From: an uncultured Mollicutes bacterium
Lineage (GTDB): Bacteria; Bacillota_I; Bacilli_A; RF39; UBA660
Length of the DNA stretch: 64,000 bases
Reading direction: 5' to 3'
NCBI GenBank assembly: GCA_947652375.1
Contig: CANTCS010000001.1
Coordinates: 824-64,823, forward strand
In this document: positions 40,077 through 51,519 of the stretch, piece after piece
Layout: every line of letters starts with the position of its first letter
How positions within the stretch are numbered: position 1 is the stretch's first letter
Program-made: the position numbers and the translations under genes
Notes under the pieces: generated by a model
Told to the model about the DNA's origin: nothing
Databases searched by the model: none
The model's input: only the letters and a program-made list of their open reading frames with translations

Positions 40077-40853
40077 CTAATTAGTTATTAAAGGTTTAAT
40101 ATATTCAAGTCTTAACTTATCTGCGATAGTAACTATAAATTCTGAGTTTGTTGGTTTAGCTTTATCAATATCAACACTGTGACCAAATATATCTTCCATT
40201 AGATCCCAGTTTCCTCTATTCCAACTTACTTCTATTGCGTGGCGAATTGCTCTTTCTACTCTTGAAACTGTTGAATCGAATTTCTTAGCAATTTCGGGAT
40301 ATAACTCTTTTGTTATACCACCTACTATCTCTGGTCTCTTATATACTAGAGTAATACCTTCTCTTATATATTGATATCCTTTAATATGTGATGGTACTCC
40401 TAGCTCATGTAAAGTTTTTGTAATTGAAATCTGTAAGTTATTATGAAATAAATCTATTGATTCACCTGAGCCATTTCTATTAAATGCAACATCATTAATT
40501 TTTTCTTCTAGGTAAGAAAGTTCAAATGGTTTAAGCATAAAATAACTTGCTCCTAATTCAGATACTTTTCTTATCATTTCTTGAGTATTATAAGAAGTTA
40601 ATACTATCACTTTTTTATTAACTTTATTTTTATTCATATGTTTTAATACTGCAATTCCATCTTTATTAGGCATGACTAAATCTAATAAAATAATATCAAA
40701 CTCATCTGATTTTTTATCTATTAATTTAATTCCTTCTGCGCCATCATTAGCTTCTAATGTTATAGCAATGTTTGAAGAATTGCTGAAATATTCTTTAATT
40801 AAATTTATTATACTTTTGTTGTCATCAATTATCATTACTCTTGTCTTTTCCAT
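40077..40853 (-). CDS. spo0A: Sporulation master regulator Spo0A
   Basis: Receiver domain (IIDD, LLDLVMP, KPF) plus [46 protein letters not shown]. Confidence 0.98.
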   Translation of the reverse strand: MEKTRVMIIDDNKSIINLIKEYFSNSSNIAITLEANDGAEGIKLIDKKSDEFDIILLDLVMPNKDGIAVLKHMNKNKVNKKVIVLTSYNTQEMIRKVSELGASYFMLKPFELSYLEEKINDVAFNRNGSGESIDLFHNNLQISITKTLHELGVPSHIKGYQYIREGITLVYKRPEIVGGITKELYPEIAKKFDSTVSRVERAIRHAIEVSWNRGNWDLMEDIFGHSVDIDKAKPTNSEFIVTIADKLRLEYIKPLITN

Positions 40854-40918
40854 AATTATCTCCTTTTTATTCTTTTATATTTTATTGATTATTCACCACG
40901 CATTTTAATTATATAATA

Positions 40919-40981
40919 TTTGACAAAAATTTTAAAGATAAAAAAATGACAAGTTTTGTCGAAACTGTCTAATCTGTCAAT
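40919..40981. promoter_or_regulatory. Cluster of Spo0A (0A) boxes upstream of spo0A
   Basis: Perfect TGTCGAA (40957-63), then TGTCTAA (40966) and TGTCAAT (40975); TGTCAAA on minus strand (40919-25). Confidence 0.7.
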
Positions 40982-41679
40982 TTTTCTAATTTATTTATAA
41001 ATTTTTTTAATTCAAAAGCTTTTAAACTCAAGGCTCCAAGAAGAAATCCATCAAGTGAAGAAATATTTGTAAAAGTGTCAAGAGAATGACAGTTTACACT
41101 TCCCCCATAAATGATTTTATTATTAGGTAAATTTTCTTTAAGAATTTTTATAATAGTATTTAGGTGTTCAGGAGTTGGTACTAATCCTGTTCCTATAGCC
41201 CAAATGGGTTCATAGGCAATGATAATTTTTTCTTGATCTTGTTTATTTAAATCAATCATTATAGAAGCTAATTCTTTTTTTAACTCTTTTTCATAATAAT
41301 TATTATTTTTTTCTTTTTCACTCTCTCCAATACATAAAATTGGAATAATTTCTTGTTCTAATAATTTTTTTATTTTTAAATTTATTTCTTTTGATGTTTC
41401 TTTATGATAATTTCTTCTTTCACTATGTCCTACGAGACAATATTTAATATTATACGATTTTAATTGTTCAGCTGAAACATCTCCTGTATAAGCTCCTTTA
41501 GGGGTTATACTTACATCTTGACTTCCTAATACAATATTAAGTGGTCTTTTTAAAGCAATATTTATAAAAGATGGACACAAAATTAAATCAAAGCTAGTAT
41601 CAATATTATCTATTAAATTAATATAATGATAATATTCGTCTTTTGTTAAATTACTTTTATTGTTTAAGACAATTATCAT
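40969..41679 (-). CDS. tpiA: Triosephosphate isomerase
   Basis: GAYTGDVS, VGHSERR, AYEPIWAIGTG, YGGSV. Confidence 0.95.
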   Translation of the reverse strand: MIIVLNNKSNLTKDEYYHYINLIDNIDTSFDLILCPSFINIALKRPLNIVLGSQDVSITPKGAYTGDVSAEQLKSYNIKYCLVGHSERRNYHKETSKEINLKIKKLLEQEIIPILCIGESEKEKNNNYYEKELKKELASIMIDLNKQDQEKIIIAYEPIWAIGTGLVPTPEHLNTIIKILKENLPNNKIIYGGSVNCHSLDTFTNISSLDGFLLGALSLKAFELKKFINKLEKLTD

Positions 41680-42911
41680 TTAAAAAACTCCTTTAAACTT
41701 TTTACTATTTTAGAAATTAAATCAAATCTATTTTCTAATTGTTTTTCTTTTATTGCTCGATTATAAACTTCTAATACTCTTTCAGCATAATTTTTGGAAC
41801 CATAATGTTCAGCTTGAATTCGAGCTTGTTTATTATATTTTATTAATTTATCTTTATTTTTATATAAATATATAACTTTTTTTTGATAATCTTCTTGATT
41901 TCTAAAAAACATTCCATTTAAGTCATCTGTAATCATACTAGCAAAGGCTTCATCCTCTATGCACAAAGGAATAACACTGGAAGCCATTGCTTCTATTACT
42001 GTTAAACCTTGAGTTTCTGTTTTTGAGGCTGTTGCAAAGACGTTTGCTAAATGATAATAATATGGCATATCATCCCAAGAAGTTTTTCCTGTAAAAATTA
42101 CTTTTTTATCGATACCTAATTCAAGGGATATTTTTTCGTATTTCTCTTTATCTGGACCATCTCCAACAATTAATAATTTTATATTAGAATATTTTTCACT
42201 AAGTTTTTTTTGAGCATTGAGTAAAAATTCTACGTTTTTCTCTTCTGCTAAGCGACCTACAAAGAGTATTATAAAATCTTTTTTTGTTAAATGTAGATTT
42301 TTTCTTAAAATATTTAATTCTTTTTTATCTATGTTTTCTTCAAAAAATCTTTCAACTTCTATTCCTGTTGGAATAATATGAATGTTTTTTTCAAAATGAT
42401 ATTTCTCTTTAAAAAGTTTATATGTTTTATTAGTAGGCACTATTAATTCAGTAGCTGTTGTATCACAATAAAATTTAGTAAAATATTCTACTAATTTTTT
42501 ACTTGATCTTTTAAAATATCCTTTAGTTATATAATGAACATAGTCTTCATACATTGTATGATATGTATGAACTAATGGAATATTATATTGTTTAGCAATT
42601 AATCTTGCAAAAGTTCCGATTGCAAATTCTGTTTGTGAATGTATAACATCTAATTTCCAACTTTTTATTTTATTTACTGCTTGAATAGGATAAATGCTTG
42701 TTAGACGAGAATCATAAATTCCAGTTGGTAATCCTGGTATTCTTAAAATTTTTTCATCTTCTAAATATTCATATTTAAAACTTTCTAAATTAGCTGTAAC
42801 TACAAAGACCTCATGACCTTCTTTTTCTAGTGCTTTTTTTAGCATTACTTCACTAGTTACTAAACCGCTTATATATGGAGTATAAGTTTCTGTAAATATT
42901 CCGATTCGCAT
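41676..42911 (-). CDS. GT4 glycosyltransferase (diacylglycerol glucosyltransferase-like)
   Basis: MRIGIFTETY.P.ISG..TS, HTYHTMYEDY, VGRLAEEKN, ETQGLTVIEAMAS. Confidence 0.9.
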   Translation of the reverse strand: MRIGIFTETYTPYISGLVTSEVMLKKALEKEGHEVFVVTANLESFKYEYLEDEKILRIPGLPTGIYDSRLTSIYPIQAVNKIKSWKLDVIHSQTEFAIGTFARLIAKQYNIPLVHTYHTMYEDYVHYITKGYFKRSSKKLVEYFTKFYCDTTATELIVPTNKTYKLFKEKYHFEKNIHIIPTGIEVERFFEENIDKKELNILRKNLHLTKKDFIILFVGRLAEEKNVEFLLNAQKKLSEKYSNIKLLIVGDGPDKEKYEKISLELGIDKKVIFTGKTSWDDMPYYYHLANVFATASKTETQGLTVIEAMASSVIPLCIEDEAFASMITDDLNGMFFRNQEDYQKKVIYLYKNKDKLIKYNKQARIQAEHYGSKNYAERVLEVYNRAIKEKQLENRFDLISKIVKSLKEFFK

Positions 42912-42924
42912 TTTTTCACCTACT

Positions 42925-43401
42925 TTAAATTAAATTTTTTTCTTTTAGATAAATAATCTCACCATTTTCTTCACCTAAACTTTCGAAACCTTTTGCTTCT
43001 AGATTAGCAATCATATTTTTATCTTCTATGTTTATGCGAATAAAGACATCTATCATTCCTAAATTATTTATGGCATAGTCTGTAGCTAGTGATAATAATT
43101 TTCTATTTTGGAATTTTGATTTTATCGGAGCAAAGGTAATATTGCATGCTTTTATATCTTTTTCTCCTTTAATATGGCATGTATCTTTAACTTTATTATT
43201 TTCTTTTATAAATAAACTTTCTTCTATTTCATTGTTTAAATTTTTTGTAGATAAATATTCTTCTTCTGTCATTGTTAAAGTAAATTTACTTAAGAATTCA
43301 TTTGTTTTTGTAAATATGTTATTTTCTTTTTCAAATTCTTCTAATAACTTTAAGTGACTTTTATCATAAGGGTTAACTTGAAAAAAAGTATTATTTAACA
43401 T
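42925..43401 (-). CDS. Hypothetical protein, divergent GNAT (RimJ/RimL-like) fold
   Basis: C-terminal DYA.NNLG...VFIRIN.ED......LEAKGF pattern. Confidence 0.5.
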   Translation of the reverse strand: MLNNTFFQVNPYDKSHLKLLEEFEKENNIFTKTNEFLSKFTLTMTEEEYLSTKNLNNEIEESLFIKENNKVKDTCHIKGEKDIKACNITFAPIKSKFQNRKLLSLATDYAINNLGMIDVFIRINIEDKNMIANLEAKGFESLGEENGEIIYLKEKNLI

Positions 43402-43409
43402 TTTACCAC

Positions 43410-44582
43410 CTACTTAATTGATTCTAGACCTGGTAATTTTTTACCTTCTAAATATTCTAATGTTGCTCCTCCGCCAGTTGAAGCATGATAAACTTTATCT
43501 TTAAAACCAGCTGTTGTTGCTGAGGCAACTATGTCCCCACCACCTAAAATTGTTTTTAAATTATTATCTACAATATATTTTAATAGTTCATCAGTATTTT
43601 TTCGATATTTAGTAAATTCATATACTCCTAAGGGACCATTCCATAAAACTAATTTTGCATTTTTTAAGTAGTCTTTAAATAAACTGAGAGTTTTTGAACC
43701 GATATCTAGTCCCATTTCATCTAATTCGATATCTTCAATATTCTTTTCTCGATAATTTTCATCATTTGTAAAATTATTTGTTACAGCTATATCAATTGGT
43801 AAAATTATTTTGTTAGAATAATTTTTTATTAAATTTTGACAAAAGCTTATATTTTCTTCATCTAAAAGAGATTTTCCAATTTCTATATTTTTTGCTTTTA
43901 AAAAAGTAAAGGCCATTCCACCACCTATTAATATTTTATCGGCCTTTGTAACCAGATTCTCTATAACGCCAATTTTGTCGGCTACTTTTGCTCCGCCTAA
44001 TATTACAATAAACGGATGTTCTGGACAATTTAGAGCATTTAAAGCATTCAATTCTTTTTCAATTAAAAATCCAACAGCAGAGTCTATATTGGAACTAATA
44101 CCTACATTAGAAGCGTGGGCACGATGAATAGTTCCAAATGCATCATTGATAAAAACATCTCCAAGAGATGCCCAATATGCCCCTAATTCTTTATCATTTT
44201 TACTTTCTTTTTTTCCCTCTAAGTCTTCATATCTTGTATTTTGAATTAATAAAATATCTTTTGCTTTCATACTTTCTATTAAAGTTTCTAATTCTACACC
44301 TCTAGTTTTCTTGCTAAAGTAAACTTTTTTCTCTAGTAATTCTTCTAATCTTTTTGCTATAGGTTCTAAATCATTTTTTATTAAATCACTTTCTTCTTTT
44401 ATTCGTCCTAAATGAGATAATAGTATTATTTTACAGTTATTTTCTAAACAATAATTTATTGTTTGTAATGCTCCTTTAATTCTTGAATCATCAATTATTT
44501 TATGATCTTTTATTGGGACATTAAAATCACATCTTATTAAAACTTTTTTATCTTTTATATTTAAGTCTTTTATAGTTTTCAT
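43410..44582 (-). CDS. pgk: Phosphoglycerate kinase (start re-called at 44582)
   Basis: R.DFNVP, SHLGR, NDAFGTIHRAHAS, STGGGATLE. Confidence 0.98.
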   Translation of the reverse strand: MKTIKDLNIKDKKVLIRCDFNVPIKDHKIIDDSRIKGALQTINYCLENNCKIILLSHLGRIKEESDLIKNDLEPIAKRLEELLEKKVYFSKKTRGVELETLIESMKAKDILLIQNTRYEDLEGKKESKNDKELGAYWASLGDVFINDAFGTIHRAHASNVGISSNIDSAVGFLIEKELNALNALNCPEHPFIVILGGAKVADKIGVIENLVTKADKILIGGGMAFTFLKAKNIEIGKSLLDEENISFCQNLIKNYSNKIILPIDIAVTNNFTNDENYREKNIEDIELDEMGLDIGSKTLSLFKDYLKNAKLVLWNGPLGVYEFTKYRKNTDELLKYIVDNNLKTILGGGDIVASATTAGFKDKVYHASTGGGATLEYLEGKKLPGLESIK

Positions 44583-44887
44583 TTTTATTCTCCTAACATA
44601 TTTAAAGTATATCATGGATAAGTTTAAACATAAAGATTTAATATTTTTATCATTAAAATTTCGAATCTTAATATTTAGATTTTTATTTTTATATTTACAG
44701 TGTTTTTTTTAAATTAACTAGTTGCTATATATTTTTAGATATTTACAAAACTTTTTAATAGTTATATTTGCTATATTTTATATTTTTATAAAAATTGTTA
44801 TCTTTAGATTTATATTTTTTTAGATCGTGTAATTTTTATACAAAAAAAGATTTATAATACTAATAAGTAGCTTTAAATCTTTTTATA

Positions 44888-45895
<1,008 letters not shown>

Positions 45896-45919
45896 TTATT
45901 ATCCTCCTTAATTATTTTT

Positions 45920-45948
45920 ATTATATCTTGTTTATATTTTTCTTTCAA
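45920..45948 (-). promoter_or_regulatory. SigA promoter of gap
   Basis: TTGAAA-17 bp-TATAAT. Confidence 0.65.
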
Positions 45949-45986
45949 CAGATTAGACTTTGTTTGACAATGTTTATTGTAAAGAA

Positions 45987-46009
45987 AAATCCACAAAAAT
46001 TGTGGATTA
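45987..46009. terminator. Hairpin after nucleoside kinase (also a DnaA-box-like inverted pair)
   Basis: AATCCACAA-aaa-TTGTGGATT. Confidence 0.6.
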
Positions 46010-46036
46010 AATTTTTAGTTGTTATTTTAACATTTT

Positions 46037-47692
46037 TTATTCATGAAAATAACTTCCACCTATAAATTCTCTAATCACGGCATCTTGTGGTATGGCATCT
46101 GCTGGTATTGGTAAGAATATTCTTAAAAAATTTATTAATCTTTTTGCTTCTTCATAATAAGGTGAGTCATTTTCTACAGAATATAGAAGTGGTTCAACAT
46201 ATGTTTTTAAGACACCAATTTCATAAATTGCAGCTGAATTTATTGTAACATCTGATTCGTCTTGATATGGAAAAATATATTTCTCTTCTCCTAGTCGGAC
46301 ACTGGCCCATTGTTTTAATGTTTTTTCAACACTATAATTTCTAGTTCTGTTATCACGTACAATTCTTCTTAATAAACGATTGTCTGTAGTTGGAATTCTA
46401 TTATGATTATCAAGACTTAATTCAGTTAATGGCGAAATATATATTTTAAATTTTTTACTACGTTCTATGTTTGTTAAAATCTTATTATCTAAGGCATGAA
46501 TTCCTTCTATAATTAAAATATCTTTTTCTTCTAATTGCATTTCATAATGATATTCTTTTTCTCCTGTTGAAAAATTGTAAGTTGGAATTTTTACATTTTT
46601 TCCTGCTAATAAATCCGCCATTTGTTTATCAAATAATTTTAAATCTACAGCTTCTAAACATTCAAAGTCTAAATTACCATTTTCATCTACTGGTGTTTCA
46701 TTTTTTTCCACAAAATAATCATCCATACCAATTGTTTTTGGATTTAGTCCAAAACTTTTTAGATACATACATAGTTTTCTTGAAGTAGTTGTTTTACCTG
46801 ATGAAGATGGACCTGCCATTAATACAATTTTTACTTTATTCTTTTTTTCATTTATAGTTTTAGCTATATTTAAAAGGCGACTACTTTGAAGTGTTTCATC
46901 TATCTTAATCAAATCATTAATTTTACCAGTTGATACGACTTTATTTAGTTCTACCGAATTTTTTACACCTATAATTTTTGCCCATTCTTTATATTCTGCA
47001 AATGCTTCAAACATGTGTTTATGATGTTTGTATTTTTCAATTTTATTGTTAATGTATACTGTTGGAAATCTTAATACGAAACCATTCTCTTTTATATATG
47101 TTAAATCAAAATCTTTTACTTTTCCTGTTGACGGAGGCATTAAATTATAAAAATAATTATATATATTTCCTAAGCGATATAAGGTTATATAGTTGTTAGT
47201 GTTATATTTTAAAACTCCAGCCTTAGATAAATCTCCTATTTCTTTAAAATAATTTATGGCTTCTATACGATCTATGGTTACTTTCGTAATTGGTAAATCT
47301 TTATTTATGATATCTTTCATTGTATCTTTTATCTTTTGTAATTTTTCTTCTGTAAGTTTAAAATTAGAATGAATATATAATCCTTTATCTAATGAGTGTT
47401 GTACAATTATATCATATTCTTTACCATATAATTTTTTTATACAGTATTGCAATACAAAAATTAATCCGTTTAAATGAGCACGATTTCCTTCTCTTGAAGT
47501 TAAATCTAAAAACTCTACAACTGAGTTTTCAGAAATTGTAGCTGATAGTTCTTTTAGACGGTTATTAACTTTTGCTAAAATAATTGGAAACTTAAATTCT
47601 AGTTGATGTTCCATGTATATTTCTTGTAGAGTTATATCTTTACTACATTTATACTTTTTATTATTTATTGTGATTTCTATTGCTTCAATCAC
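46037..47692 (-). CDS. Nucleoside (uridine)-kinase family protein fused to a ThrRS N-terminal-like domain
   Basis: N-terminal TGS-like region (AKVNN.LKEL); AGPSSSGKTT, IEGIHAL, RLLRRIVRD, REFIGGS. Confidence 0.9.
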   Translation of the reverse strand: MIEAIEITINNKKYKCSKDITLQEIYMEHQLEFKFPIILAKVNNRLKELSATISENSVVEFLDLTSREGNRAHLNGLIFVLQYCIKKLYGKEYDIIVQHSLDKGLYIHSNFKLTEEKLQKIKDTMKDIINKDLPITKVTIDRIEAINYFKEIGDLSKAGVLKYNTNNYITLYRLGNIYNYFYNLMPPSTGKVKDFDLTYIKENGFVLRFPTVYINNKIEKYKHHKHMFEAFAEYKEWAKIIGVKNSVELNKVVSTGKINDLIKIDETLQSSRLLNIAKTINEKKNKVKIVLMAGPSSSGKTTTSRKLCMYLKSFGLNPKTIGMDDYFVEKNETPVDENGNLDFECLEAVDLKLFDKQMADLLAGKNVKIPTYNFSTGEKEYHYEMQLEEKDILIIEGIHALDNKILTNIERSKKFKIYISPLTELSLDNHNRIPTTDNRLLRRIVRDNRTRNYSVEKTLKQWASVRLGEEKYIFPYQDESDVTINSAAIYEIGVLKTYVEPLLYSVENDSPYYEEAKRLINFLRIFLPIPADAIPQDAVIREFIGGSYFHE

Positions 47693-47747
47693 GCTATCAC
47701 CTCTTTATTATTTATTTTAGTATAACATATTTTGTCTAAATAATATA

Positions 47748-47777
47748 TGAATATTTTATTATATTTACACTATACTA
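47748..47777 (+). promoter_or_regulatory. SigG-like promoter candidate for clpP
   Basis: TGAATA-17 bp-TATACTA immediately before SD AGGTGA. Confidence 0.4.
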
Positions 47778-47793
47778 TTTGTAGGTGATAATT

Positions 47794-48363
47794 ATGAATT
47801 TAGTTCCAATCGTTGTAGACAAAGAAAATGAAGGTGAAAGAAGTTATGACATATTTTCTAAGTTATTAAATAATAGAATTATTTTTATTACAGGGGAAAT
47901 AGATGATAATTTAAGTAATTGTGTAGTAGCACAACTATTGCATTTGGATTCAATTAATCATGAGGATATATCCATTTACATAAATTCTCCTGGAGGTTCT
48001 GTCTCTAGTGGTCTTGCAATTTATGATACAATGAATTTTATTAAAAGTGATGTTTCAACAGTATGTGTAGGTATTGCAGCTAGTATGGGAGCTTTTCTCT
48101 TATCAAGTGGAACTAAGGGAAAAAGATTTATTTTACCCAATGCAGATGTAATGATACATCAAGTATTAGGTAGAAGTGAGGGGCAAGCTAGTGATATTAA
48201 AATCGCTACTGAAAGAATCTTAAGTTTAAAAAATAGATTAAATAAAATATTAGCAAAAAATACTAGTAAAAGTGTTAAAACTATCGAAAAGGATACTGAT
48301 AGAGATAATTATTTATCTGCTAAAGAAGCTATTGAGTATGGACTTGTTGATAAAATCGCATAA
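47794..48363 (+). CDS. clpP: ATP-dependent Clp protease proteolytic subunit (start re-called at 47794)
   Basis: [30 protein letters not shown]. Confidence 0.96.
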   Translation: MNLVPIVVDKENEGERSYDIFSKLLNNRIIFITGEIDDNLSNCVVAQLLHLDSINHEDISIYINSPGGSVSSGLAIYDTMNFIKSDVSTVCVGIAASMGAFLLSSGTKGKRFILPNADVMIHQVLGRSEGQASDIKIATERILSLKNRLNKILAKNTSKSVKTIEKDTDRDNYLSAKEAIEYGLVDKIA

Positions 48364-48393
48364 AAAAATAGAGTAATTATATATTCTATTTTT
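48364..48393. terminator. Bidirectional terminator clpP/whiA
   Basis: AAAAATAGA...TCTATTTTT. Confidence 0.55.
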
Positions 48394-48397
48394 CTTT

Positions 48398-49327
48398 TTA
48401 TAATGACTGCATTTTCTCTGCTAACTCTTTTATTTTTCTTAACCGATGATTAAGTCCGGATTTTGTAATTTTTTTGTTTGTTTCAAGTGATATAATCTCA
48501 GCTAATTCTTTTAATGATGCTTCTGGATATTTTTTTCTATAATTTAGTGTCTCTTTTGTTTTTTCATCTAGTAGCATTATTCCATCGTTTTTTTCTATTA
48601 TGTCTATTTGGCTTAATTGTTCAGTTGCTGATAAAATAATTTTATCCATATTTGCTTGTTCACAATTGTTTAAACGATTTGTTTTATTTTTTTGTTCTCG
48701 ATATATTCGAATATTTTCAAAGTATAAGACGGCATTGATTGCTCCTAATATTTTTAAAAAATCACTTATTTTCTCTGCTTCTTTTATATAAATCATATAA
48801 CCTTTATCTCTATTTAATATTTTTGCGTTTAAATCAAATAGATTTAATAGTTTTTGCACAAATACTGATTCTTCTGGTGAGGAAATTAATAATTCTAAAT
48901 GATATCTAGATTTTTTGGGATCATTTATACTACCAGAACTTAAAAATGTTCCTCTTAAATATGAACGGATTTCTTCATTACCACCAACTATATATTCTGG
49001 AATTGTTTTTAAATAATTTTCATTTGAATCAATAATTCCGATATCTAATAAAATTTTCTTTAAATTATCTTTTAATGTTATTTGATATAAATCCTTTTTA
49101 CTAAAGTTTAAGTTTTCTATAACATTAAGTATACAATTTGTATTATATAAAAACTTAATTGAACTGTTGATTCTTTCTACAATAAATTTATTTTCTGTTG
49201 TCATGGTTATTTTATCTTTAAAATACGTAGCATTATTTCTTATATAAGCTGATAATTCAGCGATAAGTTCTGATTTAGAGCTTTGTATTTTAGTAATTTC
49301 TTCTTTTACTGTTACTGTATATGACAT
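48398..49327 (-). CDS. whiA: DNA-binding protein WhiA
   Basis: YLRG.FL..GSINDP...YHLE, NRLNNCE.AN, KSGLNHRLRK. Confidence 0.95.
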   Translation of the reverse strand: MSYTVTVKEEITKIQSSKSELIAELSAYIRNNATYFKDKITMTTENKFIVERINSSIKFLYNTNCILNVIENLNFSKKDLYQITLKDNLKKILLDIGIIDSNENYLKTIPEYIVGGNEEIRSYLRGTFLSSGSINDPKKSRYHLELLISSPEESVFVQKLLNLFDLNAKILNRDKGYMIYIKEAEKISDFLKILGAINAVLYFENIRIYREQKNKTNRLNNCEQANMDKIILSATEQLSQIDIIEKNDGIMLLDEKTKETLNYRKKYPEASLKELAEIISLETNKKITKSGLNHRLRKIKELAEKMQSL

Positions 49328-49330
49328 TTT

Positions 49331-50284
49331 TTAATTCCTCATAAGATAAGAAAAGATTAAAAAAGAAAGTTTTAGACTATCGTGTCTAATAGTATTATCA
49401 ACAATTGTGAATAAATTTTCTTCTATTAATTCGGCTTTTGTTTTTTTTATTTCTTCATAATCAATTATAATTGGTTCTTTTTGCTCTTCCGTTTCATATT
49501 TTTTCGCAATCTCGGGATCAATATAAGTATTACTTGCTATTACGGCATCTAACTTCTTTTTATCTAAATATCTATTAAGTAATTTAACATGATCTCCAAC
49601 TGTAAAACCATCGGTCTCTCCTGGTTGAGTTACTGCATTACATATATACATTAAAGGCGCTTTTGTTTTATTTAACGCATCTTTTACTTCTTTACAAATT
49701 ATGTTCGGTAAAATACTCGTATAAAGACTGCCCATACTAAAAATAATTAAATCGGCATCTTTTATTGCTTGTAAAACTTCTGGTAGAACCTTTGGCTCAT
49801 TTTTATAAAAAATTTTATCAAATTGGCGGTTGGCTTTTGTTATTTGTTCTTGACCTTCAATAATATTTCCCTCTTTATCTAATCCCATTAATGTTAAACT
49901 TGAATCTTCAGATATTGGCAATACTTGATGTCTTACATCTAATAATTTGCTTAATGATGCTATTGAGTCTTTTAATGAACCAGTTATATTTAGCATTGCA
50001 GTTAAAATTAAATTACCAACAGCATGACCATCTAAGTCACTTGATGTTTTGAATCTGTATGAAATCATTTTTTTGATTGGCTCATCTATTTGAGATAAAT
50101 TAGTAATTACTTTTCTAATATCTCCTACTGCTGGGGTATTAAATTCTTTTCTTAGTTTCCCTGTTGATTTTCCATTATCTGCTACTGATATAACTGCTGT
50201 TATATCTAATGGGAAATCTTTTAATCCTTTTAAAAGATAAGATATTCCTGTGCCACCGCCCATAACTACTACTTTTTTATACAT
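49331..50284 (-). CDS. yvcK: YvcK/GlmR (UPF0052, CofD-like) protein
   Basis: GGGTG, ADNGKSTG.LR, GHAVGNL, GSLYTSILPN, TQPGET, RHD. Confidence 0.93.
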   Translation of the reverse strand: MYKKVVVMGGGTGISYLLKGLKDFPLDITAVISVADNGKSTGKLRKEFNTPAVGDIRKVITNLSQIDEPIKKMISYRFKTSSDLDGHAVGNLILTAMLNITGSLKDSIASLSKLLDVRHQVLPISEDSSLTLMGLDKEGNIIEGQEQITKANRQFDKIFYKNEPKVLPEVLQAIKDADLIIFSMGSLYTSILPNIICKEVKDALNKTKAPLMYICNAVTQPGETDGFTVGDHVKLLNRYLDKKKLDAVIASNTYIDPEIAKKYETEEQKEPIIIDYEEIKKTKAELIEENLFTIVDNTIRHDSLKLSFLIFSYLMRN

Positions 50285-50302
50285 TTTAAACCTCCTAATT
50301 TA

Positions 50303-51091
50303 TTAAAAATTCTCTTGATGATAATCGTTATTTTTTTTGGTCATTTTTATAAATATAATTATACCTATTAAAATAAATAATAGGGAAACTAGTTGTGCCA
50401 CTTTTATATTACTAAGCATTAATGAATCAAATCTTAGTGATTCTATGAAAAGTCTGACTGTTCCATACCAAATTAAATAAAATGAAGTAAGTTGTCCAAC
50501 TTTTAATTTAGATACTCTTTTTAACATAAGCATTATTATAAATCCTATTAATGAAAAAAATGATTCATATAAAAACGTTGGCTCTCGATAGGCATTATTT
50601 ATGTACATACCTGATATGATAAAGTTTGGTAGATAAAGAGACTGAAGATTTTTTAAGGATGTTATCCTTCCATAGGCTTCTTGATTAAAAAAATTCCCCC
50701 ATCTTCCAATTGCCTGTGCTATTATTAATCCTACTACAATAATATCTAGTAGTAAAAAAACATTAATTTTATATTTTTTTGAATAGAAAAGTAAAAAAAT
50801 AAGCGCTGCAATTATGCCTCCGTGTATAGCTAAGCCACCTTTCCAAAGCATAAATATTTCTGGAAAATTGGCTAAATAATAATCCAAATTAAATATAACA
50901 TAATATATTCTTGCGCCTATTATTCCTATAATTATTCCGTAAAAAATCAAATTAATCAAAAATTCCTCATTAATATTTTTTTTGCGAGCTTCTTTAAATA
51001 TTAAAAAACTTGCAGTTAACATTGCTAAAAAAATAAAAAATGAATACCACTTTATTTGTATAAATCCTAAATCTAATAATATTTTATCCAT
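50303..51091 (-). CDS. lgt: Prolipoprotein diacylglyceryl transferase
   Basis: GARIYYV, GGLAIHGG, QAIGRWGNFFNQEAYG, PTFLYES. Confidence 0.97.
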   Translation of the reverse strand: MDKILLDLGFIQIKWYSFFIFLAMLTASFLIFKEARKKNINEEFLINLIFYGIIIGIIGARIYYVIFNLDYYLANFPEIFMLWKGGLAIHGGIIAALIFLLFYSKKYKINVFLLLDIIVVGLIIAQAIGRWGNFFNQEAYGRITSLKNLQSLYLPNFIISGMYINNAYREPTFLYESFFSLIGFIIMLMLKRVSKLKVGQLTSFYLIWYGTVRLFIESLRFDSLMLSNIKVAQLVSLLFILIGIIIFIKMTKKNNDYHQENF

Positions 51092-51512
51092 AATTTTTAA
51101 CCTTTTTAATTATTTTACCAATTATTCTTTCCATAATAAAATTAGTTATAGATAATAGTATCGCTACTAATAACGCAATGTATAAATTTTTTACTTCAAA
51201 ATGACTAGCTAGAATCCAGTCGGTTAGTTTTAAAATAAAAACATTTATACATGGATAGAATAGTCCCAAGGTTATTCCTGTTATAGGGATAGTTAAAGTA
51301 ACTAAAATCGGTTTTATAGTTTTGTTAAGTAGATAAGTTACTAAAACAATAATTACAGACCATAGTATCATATGCTTATTATCTATATAAATAGACTTGA
51401 AAAAACTGGTTACTATCATAAATACTAAAGTATAGCCTATCATATATAATAACCAGTCTAAAAATTTAATTATTTTTACTTTATTTTTTTCTTTTTTAAT
51501 TAAATGCATCAA
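51084..51512 (-). CDS. YvlD-like 4-TM 'phage holin family' membrane protein
   Basis: LN..IKPIL..LTIPIT.ITLGLF...IN motif; syntenic between uvrA and lgt. Confidence 0.85.
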   Translation of the reverse strand: MMHLIKKEKNKVKIIKFLDWLLYMIGYTLVFMIVTSFFKSIYIDNKHMILWSVIIVLVTYLLNKTIKPILVTLTIPITGITLGLFYPCINVFILKLTDWILASHFEVKNLYIALLVAILLSITNFIMERIIGKIIKKVKNYG

Positions 51513-51519
51513 CTCACCT

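Noticed and set aside
51084-51512. 'Phage holin family' gene as evidence of a prophage
   Set aside because: It is the chromosomal YvlD-type gene at its usual uvrA-lgt position, with no phage genes nearby.
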